DNA of 64,000 nucleotides from Candidatus Eremiobacteria bacterium (GCA_963737065.1 CAVTRC010000001.1:1376001-1440000); one strand, 5' to 3'. Positions 9,662-19,625 are shown, counted from the first letter of the stretch. Made by a program: numbers and translations. Notes: generated by a model not told the origin, from the sequence alone.

Positions 9662-12600
9662 CGCTCGAGATCAAATTCCTCGGGCAGGCGCGGGTCTACC
9701 GTGACGGCGCCGCAATCAAATTCGCAAAACCGTCCAAATCGCTCGCGATGCTCGCGTACCTCATTCTGCACGACGGGGTTCCCGTCGTGCGCGAGCATCT
9801 TGCGTTTACGATTTTTCCGGACTTGCCGGAAGAGGATGCGCTGAAGGAACTTCGCCGCTACCTCTACCTGGCGCAAAAAGCATTGCCCGCGCGCGCACCA
9901 CCGTGGATCCTTGCCGACGCCGAGACCGTGCAGTGGAACGGTGGTAACGATTCGCGCGTCGACGTACTCGATTTTCGGCGCTTGCGTAACGGCGACGCGA
10001 CCCTCGCACCGGCAGTAGACGCGTACGCGGGAGAATTTCTTCCCGAGTTCTACGATGAGTGGGTGATCGAGGAACGCGAACGCCTTCGCATCTCGTTTCA
10101 CGACGCGCTGACGGCGTTGGTGGTGCGCTCGCGCGGCGATCGCCGATACGCCGATGCAATTCGTTTTGCCCGGCGGCTTCTTGCCGACGATCCTTGGCGC
10201 GAAGACATCTTACGGCACTTGATCGCGGCACGGTATGAATCGGGCGACACCACGGGTGCGCTCGCGGAGTTCGATAAGTTCGCGCGGCGCGCACGCGAGG
10301 AGTTGCATGTTGAACCGATGCCGGAAACGCGCGCGCTTCGTACTTCTCTCGCATCCGGAACACCGTTACCGTCGTCGCTCGACCGCGTCGAGCGGCAATA
10401 TCGAATCGAAACCCACGCGCTCGCGTTCGCGGGCCGATCCAGAGAAATCGCGCGCTTGCACCATGCGTGGGAACGCGCAGCGCGCGGTACGGGCGGTCTC
10501 GTCGTGATTGAAGGCGAGTCGGGAATCGGCAAGTCGCGACTCGCTGCGGAATTTGCCCTAGGCGTGGAACAGTCGGGTGGCCGCGTCTTCGCCGGCACGA
10601 CGAGCTCGCCCGAAAAGATGCCGTATCAATGCATCATCGAACTGCTTCGCACCGCGGCGCCGTTGCTCGATGCGCTGCGCGGAAGCGATGTACGCGCCGA
10701 CGTGCTGTCCGAATTACTGCCCGAACTTCGAGAACGCGAACCGGCGCGCATCCGGATGCCGGACGTTGCGCCGCAGAACGGACAACTGCGTCTCTTCGAC
10801 GCCGTTGCGTCGTCGTTTGCATCGCTTGCTCGCACGCGGCCGCTGTTGCTTGTTATCGAAGATGCGCATTGGGCCGGCCAGCCGACGCTCGCGCTGTTGC
10901 GTGTACTCGCGCGCCGGGCAGCGCGTTTGCCGATCCTCATCGTGCTCACCGCGCGCGACGATGAAATTCCGCCGGAGCACCCGTTGCGTATGCTGCAACG
11001 CGAACTCAGTGACGAACACCTCGCGATGCGGCTCCCGCTCGGACGTTTGACACGCGCGGACGTCGACTATCTCCTCGAACGGCTCGAGCATCGAGCCGGC
11101 GAAGAACTCCACGCCGATGCACTGTTCGAGCGGAGCGAAGGTCATCCGCTGTTTCTGACCGAGGCGATCCGCGAAACGAAGGAGACGGGGAGCCAGCGTG
11201 GAGGCGGAGGACTCTCACGCATCGTCGAGCGTCGTCTTTCTTCGCTTTCGAGCGGCGCGCGTCGTTTGGCGGATGCCGCGGCAACGTGCGGCGTTTCCTT
11301 CGATCTCGACGCCGTTTGTTTAGCCTCGCACGCGAGCGACGCGGAAACGCAACGCCATATCGATGAGCTGCTCGACCGGCACGTCGTGCGTGAGATCGAA
11401 GGCTCAGGCGGATTTGAATACGTCTTCACGCACCACTTGATTGCGTCGGTTCTCTATGACGCACTCGATCCGCAACGACGATCGCGGCTACACAATCGCA
11501 TCGCGGCCGCGTTAGAACGGACGCAGATTGCGCGCCTCGACCGTGCCGCGCCGGAAATCGCGCGACATTATGACGCCGGTGGAGACGCGGCAAAGGCCGG
11601 CTCGTGGTATGCGCGAGCTGCTCGCGTTGCCGCGGGCGTCTTCGCGCATGCCGACGCCGTACGCTATGCGACGCTTGGGCTCGAACGCATCGACGAACCG
11701 AGCGCAACGGTGGAGCTGCTGCTGTTACGCGAGCGCGCGAACGCGCTGTTGGGAAGGCGCGAGTTGCAGCTACGCGACCTGGATGAACTCGACCGGCGTA
11801 ACATCGACACGTTGCGTGGGGACGTCTTGCAGCGGCGCATTGCGTTGGCGCGGGCGGCTCAGGACGCCGACGGCGGACGCGCAGCAATTCAGTCGCTCCG
11901 CGAGCATGGACGCCGGACCGACGACGGCCACTGGGTGGGCGTCGCGGATTGCGCCGACGCGTGGCTTGAAATTTCGCTGGGCGCATACGCGGCCGCGCGG
12001 CCGCTCGCGGAACGCGCGCGTTCTTATCTCAGCGCATGCGGAAGCGTCAGCGAGCAAGTCGAATGTTTGACGGCGCTCGCCGAGGTCGACGTCGCCGTCG
12101 GGCAAAACGAACGCGCCGAAACATTGTTGGAAGAAGCGCGCGCGATTGCCGAGCGAGGCGGCGACGAGTTCGCGAAAGCCGCGACGTTGATGCAAAGCGT
12201 CGCGATCGCCATGTCACAACAGCGCTTTGAAGCCGTGATGCGCCTTGCACGTGAAGCTGCCGAATTACACCGGATGCACGGCGACCTCGTCGGCGAAGCA
12301 GTCGCACAGGCGAATACCGCTTCCGCCGCGCTGCGATTGTCGCGTTGGAAAGAAGCTCGCGAAGCGAACGCGATTGCCGCGTCGACGTTTGAATCGATCG
12401 GTGACCGGCGTGGGCTCGCGCGAGTGCTGATGAATCTCGGCATGCTACACGGCCGCTGCGGTGATTTCTCCGCAAGCCGGTCGTTTTTTGCGCGCGCGTT
12501 CGAGTATCAGACGCTGCTCAAGGAGGACCGAGCTCGAACCGCGTCACTGTTGAATCAAAGTTTTATCGCGTTGTGGCAGCGTAAAAGCGCCGACGCAAAA

Positions 12601-13125
12601 CAGTTGGCGTCGCACGCCCTTTCGCTCGCGACGGCAATGCAACATGCAGCGTTTCGCGCGCAGGCGCTCGGAAATCTAGGCGCGGCTGAGCGCGATTTAG
12701 GTGAGGTCGCCGCGGGTGCCGCACATATGGATGAAGGCATCGCGCTCCAAACGGCGGTCGGACGAATGGCGGACGCAGCCAGCGATCTCGTTGATGCGGC
12801 GCTTGCGCATGCGCTCGCAGGAGAGCACGAAGCGGCGAAGGCGCTAACCGAGCGATTTTTGGCCCTCGATCACGGAGCGTGCGAAGGCGCGGTCTTCCCG
12901 CCCTATCCGTGGTGGATCGCAGCGCGCGTGCTCCAGGCGCTCGGCGACGATCGCCGCGCCGGCGCGCTCGCACAAGCGGCGAAAATCACGCGCTCGTCCT
13001 TGTCTGCAATCGACGACGATGAGCTTCGCGGCCATTTCGAACGGCTTCCGTTCGTCGCGTCGATCCGACGCGCGCAGAACGGCGATTGGGGCGATCTTCG
13101 GCACGCAAGCGGCACGGCGAGCTGA
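9658..13125 (+). CDS. BTAD (SARP-type) + AAA ATPase + TPR transcriptional regulator
   Basis: LEIKFLG wHTH start, BTAD (FYDEWVIEERERLR, DPWRE), Walker A GESGIGKS, Walker B LLVIEDAHWA, SEGHPLF and helical repeats; start uncertain (ATA at 9658). Confidence 0.85.
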   Translation: MTLEIKFLGQARVYRDGAAIKFAKPSKSLAMLAYLILHDGVPVVREHLAFTIFPDLPEEDALKELRRYLYLAQKALPARAPPWILADAETVQWNGGNDSRVDVLDFRRLRNGDATLAPAVDAYAGEFLPEFYDEWVIEERERLRISFHDALTALVVRSRGDRRYADAIRFARRLLADDPWREDILRHLIAARYESGDTTGALAEFDKFARRAREELHVEPMPETRALRTSLASGTPLPSSLDRVERQYRIETHALAFAGRSREIARLHHAWERAARGTGGLVVIEGESGIGKSRLAAEFALGVEQSGGRVFAGTTSSPEKMPYQCIIELLRTAAPLLDALRGSDVRADVLSELLPELREREPARIRMPDVAPQNGQLRLFDAVASSFASLARTRPLLLVIEDAHWAGQPTLALLRVLARRAARLPILIVLTARDDEIPPEHPLRMLQRELSDEHLAMRLPLGRLTRADVDYLLERLEHRAGEELHADALFERSEGHPLFLTEAIRETKETGSQRGGGGLSRIVERRLSSLSSGARRLADAAATCGVSFDLDAVCLASHASDAETQRHIDELLDRHVVREIEGSGGFEYVFTHHLIASVLYDALDPQRRSRLHNRIAAALERTQIARLDRAAPEIARHYDAGGDAAKAGSWYARAARVAAGVFAHADAVRYATLGLERIDEPSATVELLLLRERANALLGRRELQLRDLDELDRRNIDTLRGDVLQRRIALARAAQDADGGRAAIQSLREHGRRTDDGHWVGVADCADAWLEISLGAYAAARPLAERARSYLSACGSVSEQVECLTALAEVDVAVGQNERAETLLEEARAIAERGGDEFAKAATLMQSVAIAMSQQRFEAVMRLAREAAELHRMHGDLVGEAVAQANTASAALRLSRWKEAREANAIAASTFESIGDRRGLARVLMNLGMLHGRCGDFSASRSFFARAFEYQTLLKEDRARTASLLNQSFIALWQRKSADAKQLASHALSLATAMQHAAFRAQALGNLGAAERDLGEVAAGAAHMDEGIALQTAVGRMADAASDLVDAALAHALAGEHEAAKALTERFLALDHGACEGAVFPPYPWWIAARVLQALGDDRRAGALAQAAKITRSSLSAIDDDELRGHFERLPFVASIRRAQNGDWGDLRHASGTAS

Positions 13126-13137
13126 TACGGTTGCGCC

Positions 13138-13317
13138 GTGAACAGCGAACGGCGAGAACTGACCTTCGTCCTACGCATCTGGGTGAGCGACCGCGATAGC
13201 CGTGCATCGTCATGGCGCGGCTTCATCCACGAAGTCCGCAGCGGCAAACGTCTCCTCGTCACCGGCGTTCACGACATCGCCGATTTCATAGCGGCGCACT
13301 TGACGACCGGAGCCTAG
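13138..13317 (+). CDS. Small conserved-looking hypothetical protein (59 aa)
   Basis: Manual translation MNSERRELTFVLRIWVSDRDSRASSWRGFIHEVRSGKRLLVTGVHDIADFIAAHLTTGA; fills the gap between the regulator and the oxidase. Confidence 0.7.
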   Translation: MNSERRELTFVLRIWVSDRDSRASSWRGFIHEVRSGKRLLVTGVHDIADFIAAHLTTGA

Positions 13318-13322
13318 CACTC

Positions 13323-14384
13323 GTGGCGATACGAATTGCACTTGCATTTCTCGTACTGTTATCCGCGCAGCCCGCTATCGCGGCTGAACGCATGTACTAC
13401 ATTGCGGCAGACAACGTACTGTGGGACTATGCTCCGAGCGGCCGCAACCAGTTCGATGGAACGATGCTCAAGAGACAGACCGATCAAATCGGCTTTTCAT
13501 ACCGCAAGATCGTCTACCATCGGTATACCGACGCGTCTTTTTCTACGATGGTGCCGCGAAACGCCGGCGAGCAGTATATGGGCATTCTCGGGCCCGTCAT
13601 TCACGCGGAAGTGGGTGACACCGTTGTCGTCGTCTTCAAGAACAACGCGCAGCTACCACTGAGTTTTCACGTCCACGGCCTACGCTATACGAAGAGCTCC
13701 GAAGGAGCGCCGTATCGCGACGGCGTCGATCCGTCGGTAAAGCGGGGCGACGCGGTAGCGCCAGGCGCGACGTACGCGTATCACTTTGACGTGCCCGATC
13801 GCGCGGGGCCCGGGCAGATGGACCAATCGTCCATCGTGTGGATGTATCACTCGCACACCGATGAATTGCGCGATGTGAACACCGGCCTCGTCGGCCCGAT
13901 CGTCGTAACGCGCAAAGGATCCGCCCGGCCCGATGGCTCACCGGTCGACGTCGCTCACGAAGTCTTTTCGCTCTTCGCTCAATTCGACGAAAGCCAAAAT
14001 CGTCTACTTTCTCAGAATCTTGAAATGGCGAAAGCGAACGGCGAGCGCATCAATGCACACGCGGCGGCATTCGTCGATGCGAACACGCTCTTTACCATCA
14101 ACGGGTTCATCTACGGCAACGGCCCGATCCTCGACGTTCGAAAAGGCGAACGAACGCGCTGGTACGTTATGGCGACGATGAGCGATTTCGACTTTCACGT
14201 GCCGCATTGGCACGGGGAGACGGTCCTCATTAACGGCATGCGCGCAGATAGCGCGCAACTGTTGCCAATGGGAATGATCGTCGCCGATATGATTCCAGAT
14301 AATCCCGGAACGTGGTTGTATCATTGTCACATCAACATTCACTTACAAGCCGGGATGTCCGCTCTGTATCGCACGCTTCCGTAA
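13323..14384 (+). CDS. Secreted two-domain multicopper oxidase, ceruloplasmin/hephaestin-like
   Basis: YYIAADNVLWDYAP, GILGPVIHAEVGD, SFHVHG, WMYHSH, HVPHWHG and WLYHCHINIHLQAGM. Confidence 0.9.
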   Translation: MAIRIALAFLVLLSAQPAIAAERMYYIAADNVLWDYAPSGRNQFDGTMLKRQTDQIGFSYRKIVYHRYTDASFSTMVPRNAGEQYMGILGPVIHAEVGDTVVVVFKNNAQLPLSFHVHGLRYTKSSEGAPYRDGVDPSVKRGDAVAPGATYAYHFDVPDRAGPGQMDQSSIVWMYHSHTDELRDVNTGLVGPIVVTRKGSARPDGSPVDVAHEVFSLFAQFDESQNRLLSQNLEMAKANGERINAHAAAFVDANTLFTINGFIYGNGPILDVRKGERTRWYVMATMSDFDFHVPHWHGETVLINGMRADSAQLLPMGMIVADMIPDNPGTWLYHCHINIHLQAGMSALYRTLP

Positions 14385-14401
14385 ACGAGGTCAATCACAT
14401 C

Positions 14402-14914
14402 ATGCTGAATATTCGCAAGGTTACGCTGCTCGTTCTCGCGTTCGCCGTTCCGGTCGCCGCGGGCAGAGCGGCACCGACGCCCGTTCCAGGCGGAGCAAAC
14501 CAGGTCAACGCAATCCAGGGCAAAGTCGGCGATACGATCTTTAACGGTGTACTTCGCATCACGGTTCAAACGGTACGCGATGCCACGGCGGACGATCATC
14601 CCGAGAAAATGCTGCCCGGACCGAATCAGAAGGTCATGGTGATGAACGTCTTGCTGCGTAACGGAATGCACAGCGATTTCATCGACCTTCTGAGCTACTC
14701 TCTCGCGGATGCCGACGACGTCGTATTCCAGATTCCGAGCAACTACATAAATCCCGGCAACCTGCACATTATCCAAGGTGCGGCCGCGCGGCAAAACGCC
14801 ATGTTTGTCGTCGATAAAGACTACAAGCCGGCCAAACTCATCGTTCAATGCGCCACCTGCTCGAGCGGACTACACTTTCGCTCGATCCGGCTTACAATTG
14901 CGCAATCGCAGTGA
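14402..14914 (+). CDS. Hypothetical secreted protein (Ig-like/DUF4352-like)
   Basis: Signal peptide followed by KVGDTIFNGVLRITV and a beta-rich body. Confidence 0.65.
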   Translation: MLNIRKVTLLVLAFAVPVAAGRAAPTPVPGGANQVNAIQGKVGDTIFNGVLRITVQTVRDATADDHPEKMLPGPNQKVMVMNVLLRNGMHSDFIDLLSYSLADADDVVFQIPSNYINPGNLHIIQGAAARQNAMFVVDKDYKPAKLIVQCATCSSGLHFRSIRLTIAQSQ

Positions 14915-15107
14915 GCATTCGGCAACGATCGTGCGCCTAGCTCGACCGGCAAGTGGGGAGGTTTCGGCGTTGATTTTCAAATCCGCTTCGGCGTTGCTTA
15001 CACCGTTGGCGAAGGCGTTCGCAGAGGCATAGGTCCTGTCATGTGGGTCTAGTCGCTTAAGGATGCGTTAGACCGTGTCAGAATGACTTGCGGATGGAGG
15101 ACTTCTC

Positions 15108-15674
15108 ATGACGTATTCTATCCGTTGTTTCTCTCTGGCGGCGGCGCTGATCGCAGCGCTAAGCGGTTCGGCTTACGCGCAGACTACCAAAGTCGAAGGG
15201 ACGCCCATTCCGGCGCCGGCTAAGCCGGACTTCTCGACATTGAAGTATCTCGTCGGCACGTGGACGTGCAGCGACCTCAGCTCACGCCGGCCCGGAGCCT
15301 TTACAACCACGGAAGTGTATTCGATGGACCCCAGCGGGTATTGGCTGACCCGGGACGACACGATCCATACGGCATCGTGGATTCCGCGTGACGTTCATTC
15401 GCAGACGAAGTTCACGTGGGACGCCGGCTCGGGCAAATGGGTCCGTATCACGACCGGCGACGGCGGGCAATTTGCGATTGCGACGGCCGGGGCGCGTAGC
15501 AGCGGCGGCCAGAGGACGTACACGTACGTAATTCAGTCCACCGCTCCCGACGTTTCATCGTACGCGCCCGAAGTCTACACGAAAGTGGGGAACACCAAAA
15601 AGACCATGAAGACGACGTTTACCGAGAAGACGGGGCGCGTCGTCAACGTCACGGAGACGTGCACGAAGTCTTAG
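15108..15674 (+). CDS. Hypothetical secreted beta-barrel protein
   Basis: GGAGG RBS, signal peptide, LKYLVGTWTC motif and terminal CTKS (possible disulfide). Confidence 0.75.
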   Translation: MTYSIRCFSLAAALIAALSGSAYAQTTKVEGTPIPAPAKPDFSTLKYLVGTWTCSDLSSRRPGAFTTTEVYSMDPSGYWLTRDDTIHTASWIPRDVHSQTKFTWDAGSGKWVRITTGDGGQFAIATAGARSSGGQRTYTYVIQSTAPDVSSYAPEVYTKVGNTKKTMKTTFTEKTGRVVNVTETCTKS

Positions 15675-15686
15675 CCTAATGTGCGG

Positions 15687-15715
15687 AAACGCCCGGTGAG
15701 GTTCGCCGGGCGTTT
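15687..15715. terminator. Bidirectional terminator hairpin
   Basis: AAACGCCCGG...CCGGGCGTTT between convergent genes. Confidence 0.7.
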
Positions 15716-15742
15716 GGTGTTGCCATCAAACCGCTTCGAGAA

Positions 15743-16609
15743 CTACGCTGCGGATTTTTTGCGGCGTGTTGTCGTCTTTTTCTCGTGTTTTTCGTGGGAG
15801 GCGGCGCGGCCGTCCGTGCCCGTGCCGCGGCGCTTTTTGCTTTCCTCGAGCGACTGCGCGAGCACGTCCATAAGGTTGACGACCTTCGCGCGGGGCGAGG
15901 CGGCCTTTTTGGCCTTCGGCAATTCTTTACCTTGCGCGCGCGCTTCGATCATTGCGAGCAGCTCATCGTGATACGTGTTTGTGAATTTCTCCGGCTCGAA
16001 TGCGTCGACGGTCATCGTGTCGATCAGCATCTTTGCCATCTTCATCTCGCCCTCGGGCAGCTTTTCGTTTCCCGGAATCTCGAGCGACGACGGTTCGACC
16101 ATTTCGTTCGCCCAGTGCATCAGTTCGAGGACGAGCGCTTCGCCGATGGGTTTTACCGCGGCGATGTATTCCTTAGTGCGAATCACGACCCGCGCGATTG
16201 CGACCTTATTCGATTCGTTCAGCGCTTCGCGCAGCAGCGCATATGCGTGCTTGCCCTGTTTGCTCGGCTCTAGATAGTACGGCTTGTCGAAAAACATCGG
16301 GTTGATCTTATCGAGTTCGACGAACTCCAAAATATCGACGGACTGCGTCGCAACCGGATTGACCTTCTTGAAGTCTTCGTCGCTCAACTCGACGTACTGG
16401 CCCTTCTCGTACTCATAGCCCTTGACGATCTCGTCCCACGGCACTTGCTTGCCGTCAACCGAACAAATCCGCTCGTACTTGATGCGTCCGCCGTCTTTGG
16501 CGTGCAGCATGTTGAACGAAAGCTCGTCGCTGCGGACCGCGGTGAAAAGCTTCACCGGAATCGTAACGAGACCGAAGTTGATAGCACCGGACCATATTGA
16601 ATGCGCCAT
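15743..16609 (-). CDS. ku: NHEJ DNA end-binding protein Ku
   Basis: MAHSIWSGAINFGLVTIPVKL, IVKGYEY, VVNLMDVLAQSL and a basic tail. Confidence 0.97.
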   Translation of the reverse strand: MAHSIWSGAINFGLVTIPVKLFTAVRSDELSFNMLHAKDGGRIKYERICSVDGKQVPWDEIVKGYEYEKGQYVELSDEDFKKVNPVATQSVDILEFVELDKINPMFFDKPYYLEPSKQGKHAYALLREALNESNKVAIARVVIRTKEYIAAVKPIGEALVLELMHWANEMVEPSSLEIPGNEKLPEGEMKMAKMLIDTMTVDAFEPEKFTNTYHDELLAMIEARAQGKELPKAKKAASPRAKVVNLMDVLAQSLEESKKRRGTGTDGRAASHEKHEKKTTTRRKKSAA

Positions 16610-16691
16610 AGCGCGTATAGTGTACCCGACTTCAGCAAGCGGCGCACCGGCTTTCCGTATTTGGTAGTTAGCCAAAGGCCGCCGGCACAAG

Positions 16692-17653
16692 CTATTGTGG
16701 TGGCCAGCGCTTTCGCGCCTTGCCGATTGCGGGTTCGAGCCGCTGCTTCTTCCACGCGCGACCGCCCCACAAGTCGCCGTCGCGGGCGAGCCGCTGCGGC
16801 GTCGTGCGCGTGTTGAATTGCGCGAACGCCACTTCCGGCGACCCGCCGCGCTTACGCGCAAACGCTTCGACTTCGGACCAATCCAGCGGCGTCGAAACGG
16901 GTGCCCCATCACGCGCGCGCACGGAGTATGCACTCACGATCGTCTTGCCGCGGCCGACTTGAAGGAAATCCAAATAGACGAGCGACTGATCGCGTTTCTT
17001 CAGCGACCGCTCGAGCGTCACAAGGTCGGCCGTCGCTGCGCAATTTGCGACGCAACGGCTTCCGCGAAGATCTTTGCCGCATCATACGTGTAGCCCGCGG
17101 CAAGCGGAACGACGATATGCAAGCCCATGCCGCCCGAACTTTTCACCAGCGTCTTCAAGCCGATTTCGGCGAGCAGATCGCGCATTGCAAGCGCAACGGT
17201 TGCCAACGTTTTAATCGAGCACGTTTCACCGGGGTCGAGGTCGAAGAATACGTAGTCCGGCTCTTCGATCGTCGGCACGTGCGAGGTCCAGACGTGCAAA
17301 ATGATCGTCGCAAGGTTCGCAACGAAAACGAGCGTTGCTTCGTCGTTGCATAGCATGTACGTCGTCTTTTCGCGTACGCCGCCGGGACTCGTAAGCGACA
17401 CACGGTCGGCCCACTCCGGCAAACCACGCGGTAACTGTTTTTCGAAGAACGACTGGTCGTCGATGCCGTCGGGATAACGCTGCAACGTCAGCGGATAGTT
17501 GCGCAAATGCGATAGCAACCACGGTGAGACGCCGCGGTAGTACTCGATCAAGTTACCCTTCGTGATGCCGTCGCGCGGGAAGAGCACTTTGTCGAGATTC
17601 GAGACCGAAAGCGTTCGGCCGTTTACGACGAGTTCAGTGCGCTTCGCGGCCAA
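16692..17653 (-). pseudogene. Stand-alone LigD polymerase (AEP) domain, frameshifted near 17025 (possibly a sequencing error)
   Basis: SNLDKVLFP, RYPDGI, FFEK, FDLDPG and KSSGGMGLHI in one frame; VYLDFLQ...YSVRARDGAPVSTPL in the next. Confidence 0.85.
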
Positions 17654-17813
17654 CGTCAGTCTCTGAACTTGAAACGATGTATTGCAGACGCGAGCAATCT
17701 ATCAGTACTTCGTCACCCGCTTCGCTCGCGTTCAGTCGCCGCCTCAGCTCACCGACGTTGCTGATGTCGAACTCGCCCTCGAGTGCGACAGTTACGCAGT
17801 TCCGCTCGGTCAT
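17634..17813 (-). pseudogene. Truncated STAS (anti-anti-sigma) domain, 59 aa
   Basis: Manual translation MTERNCVTVALEGEFDISNVGELRRRLNASEAGDEVLIDCSRLQYIVSSSETDVGREAH matches the N-terminal half of STAS. Confidence 0.65.
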
Positions 17814-17822
17814 GGTCGGTTT

Positions 17823-19451
17823 TTACCCTATGGGCCGCTCGATTATGACGTCTTCCGGATCCTTGTCCATCCGCAGTCCTAAAAAAGCGGGCTGCCGCAA
17901 AAAGCCATCACGCGTCCATTCGGCAAATCGGACTTCGGCGACCAATTCGGGCTTCACCCAATGCTTCGGCGCGTTCGCCACAACCGCGTTCGCAAACGGC
18001 GACGTGCTGCACGAGAGCCGTTCGAGCTTCTTCATGATCTCACCGATGAGCTTGACGGAAAATCCGGTGCCGACCGAGCCGACGAACCGCAACGCTTTGC
18101 CGTCGTATGCGCCGAGCAGCAGCGAGCCGAAGCCCTTGCGGCTACCGCGCGGATCGGTCCATCCGCCGATGACAAATTCTTGCTCGTGTTGCGCTTTGAT
18201 CTTCACCCAGTCGCGCGTACGCCGCTCGATGTAGAGCGACTCGCGTTTCTTTCCGATGATGCCCTCGAGTTCGTTCTGCTTCGCTTGTTCGAAGAGCGCT
18301 TTGCCCGTACCGACGACGTGCTTTGAATAGAGCACGCGTTCGTCGTTGCGTATCAAGCGCTCGAGTAGCGCTTTGCGCGCTTCGAGCGGTTCCTTTCGTT
18401 GATCGCGTCCATCGGCATAGATCACATCGAAGGCAGCATACGTGAGATCGTGACCATGCTGCGCGTACTCTTGTAACCGCTGAAAATCCGAGCGTCCTTT
18501 GGAGTCCAAGCTAACGATCTCGCCGTCCACGATGATCGGAACACTCTCAAACGCATCGGCGAGACCGTCTAAATCCGGAAACTGTTTGAGCAGGTCCAAT
18601 CCGTTGCGTGAAACGAGCGACAGCATCCCGTTCTCGTCAATCGTGCAGATCGCGCGGTACCCGTCCCACTTGATCTCGAAGAGCCATTCGCTATCATCGA
18701 ACGGTGCATCGATGAGCGTCGCAAGCTCGACACCTTTGAGGTGCGGCAGCGCATTCGTCTTTTGCTTTGCTGCCGCGCGCACGGTAGCGCGTTTCGGCGG
18801 ATCTTTCGTTTTCGATGATTGCCATGTCTTCGGGTGTTTTTCTTTGGCAATATCGTCGAGCGTTCGTCCACTGATGACGGATTGCGGATAGTCATTGACG
18901 TCATAATGCGACGGATCGCCGTCCGGATCGTGATCTTTGATCAGCAGCCACGGATCGCCGCTTTCGCCTTCTTTGGGTTTCATTCGCACGAGCGTGAAGA
19001 TGCCGGTCAGCTTGTGACCGTGCATCACGAACTTGATTTTTCCGTGCTTGATCTCATCGACGGGATCGTCGCCTTCGTAAAGCTCGTACCAGCCGTTGTC
19101 CCAGACGATCACTTCGCCCGCGCCGTATTGCCCTTCGGGAATCACGCCTTCGAAATCGCGATAATCCATTGGGTGATCCTCGACGTGCATCGCGAGTCGA
19201 CGCTCGCCGGGAACCATCGTCGGCCCCTTCGGTACCGCCCACGACGCAAGAACGCCGGCGGCTTCTAAACGAAAGTCGTAGTGCAGCCGCGTTGCATCGT
19301 GTTTTTGCACGACGAATCGCAGGCGTTTGCCGCTCTTCGCTTTCGCGCCGCTCGGTTCGGGCGTGATTTTAAAGTCGCGTTTTTTCTTATACGTGGCGAG
19401 CGAGCCGGTGGTGCGGCTCGCATCGCTCGTCTTCCTTCGAGACGCCGGCAT
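17823..19451 (-). CDS. ligD: DNA ligase D (phosphoesterase + ATP-dependent ligase domains)
   Basis: FVVQKHDATRLHYDFRLE PE domain, EIKWDGYR ligase motif I, EGIIGK and OB-fold GSVGTGF. Confidence 0.95.
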   Translation of the reverse strand: MPASRRKTSDASRTTGSLATYKKKRDFKITPEPSGAKAKSGKRLRFVVQKHDATRLHYDFRLEAAGVLASWAVPKGPTMVPGERRLAMHVEDHPMDYRDFEGVIPEGQYGAGEVIVWDNGWYELYEGDDPVDEIKHGKIKFVMHGHKLTGIFTLVRMKPKEGESGDPWLLIKDHDPDGDPSHYDVNDYPQSVISGRTLDDIAKEKHPKTWQSSKTKDPPKRATVRAAAKQKTNALPHLKGVELATLIDAPFDDSEWLFEIKWDGYRAICTIDENGMLSLVSRNGLDLLKQFPDLDGLADAFESVPIIVDGEIVSLDSKGRSDFQRLQEYAQHGHDLTYAAFDVIYADGRDQRKEPLEARKALLERLIRNDERVLYSKHVVGTGKALFEQAKQNELEGIIGKKRESLYIERRTRDWVKIKAQHEQEFVIGGWTDPRGSRKGFGSLLLGAYDGKALRFVGSVGTGFSVKLIGEIMKKLERLSCSTSPFANAVVANAPKHWVKPELVAEVRFAEWTRDGFLRQPAFLGLRMDKDPEDVIIERPIG

Positions 19452-19463
19452 CTATGCCGACTC

Positions 19464-19622
19464 TTACACCCTCGCGCCCCGGCCGGTCAATAAATTGATG
19501 ATCAACAGGATGATTGCGACCACCAATACGATGTGGATCAGGCCGCCGAGGAGATGGAACGACAGTCCCACCAGCCAGAAGATAAACAGTATGACGATAA
19601 TGGCCCAAAGCAGTCCGGCCAT
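19464..19622 (-). CDS. lmo0937/DUF5670-family small membrane protein (52 aa)
   Basis: Manual translation MAGLLWAIIVILFIFWLVGLSFHLLGGLIHIVLVVAIILLIINLLTGRGARV. Confidence 0.85.
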   Translation of the reverse strand: MAGLLWAIIVILFIFWLVGLSFHLLGGLIHIVLVVAIILLIINLLTGRGARV

Positions 19623-19625
19623 ACG

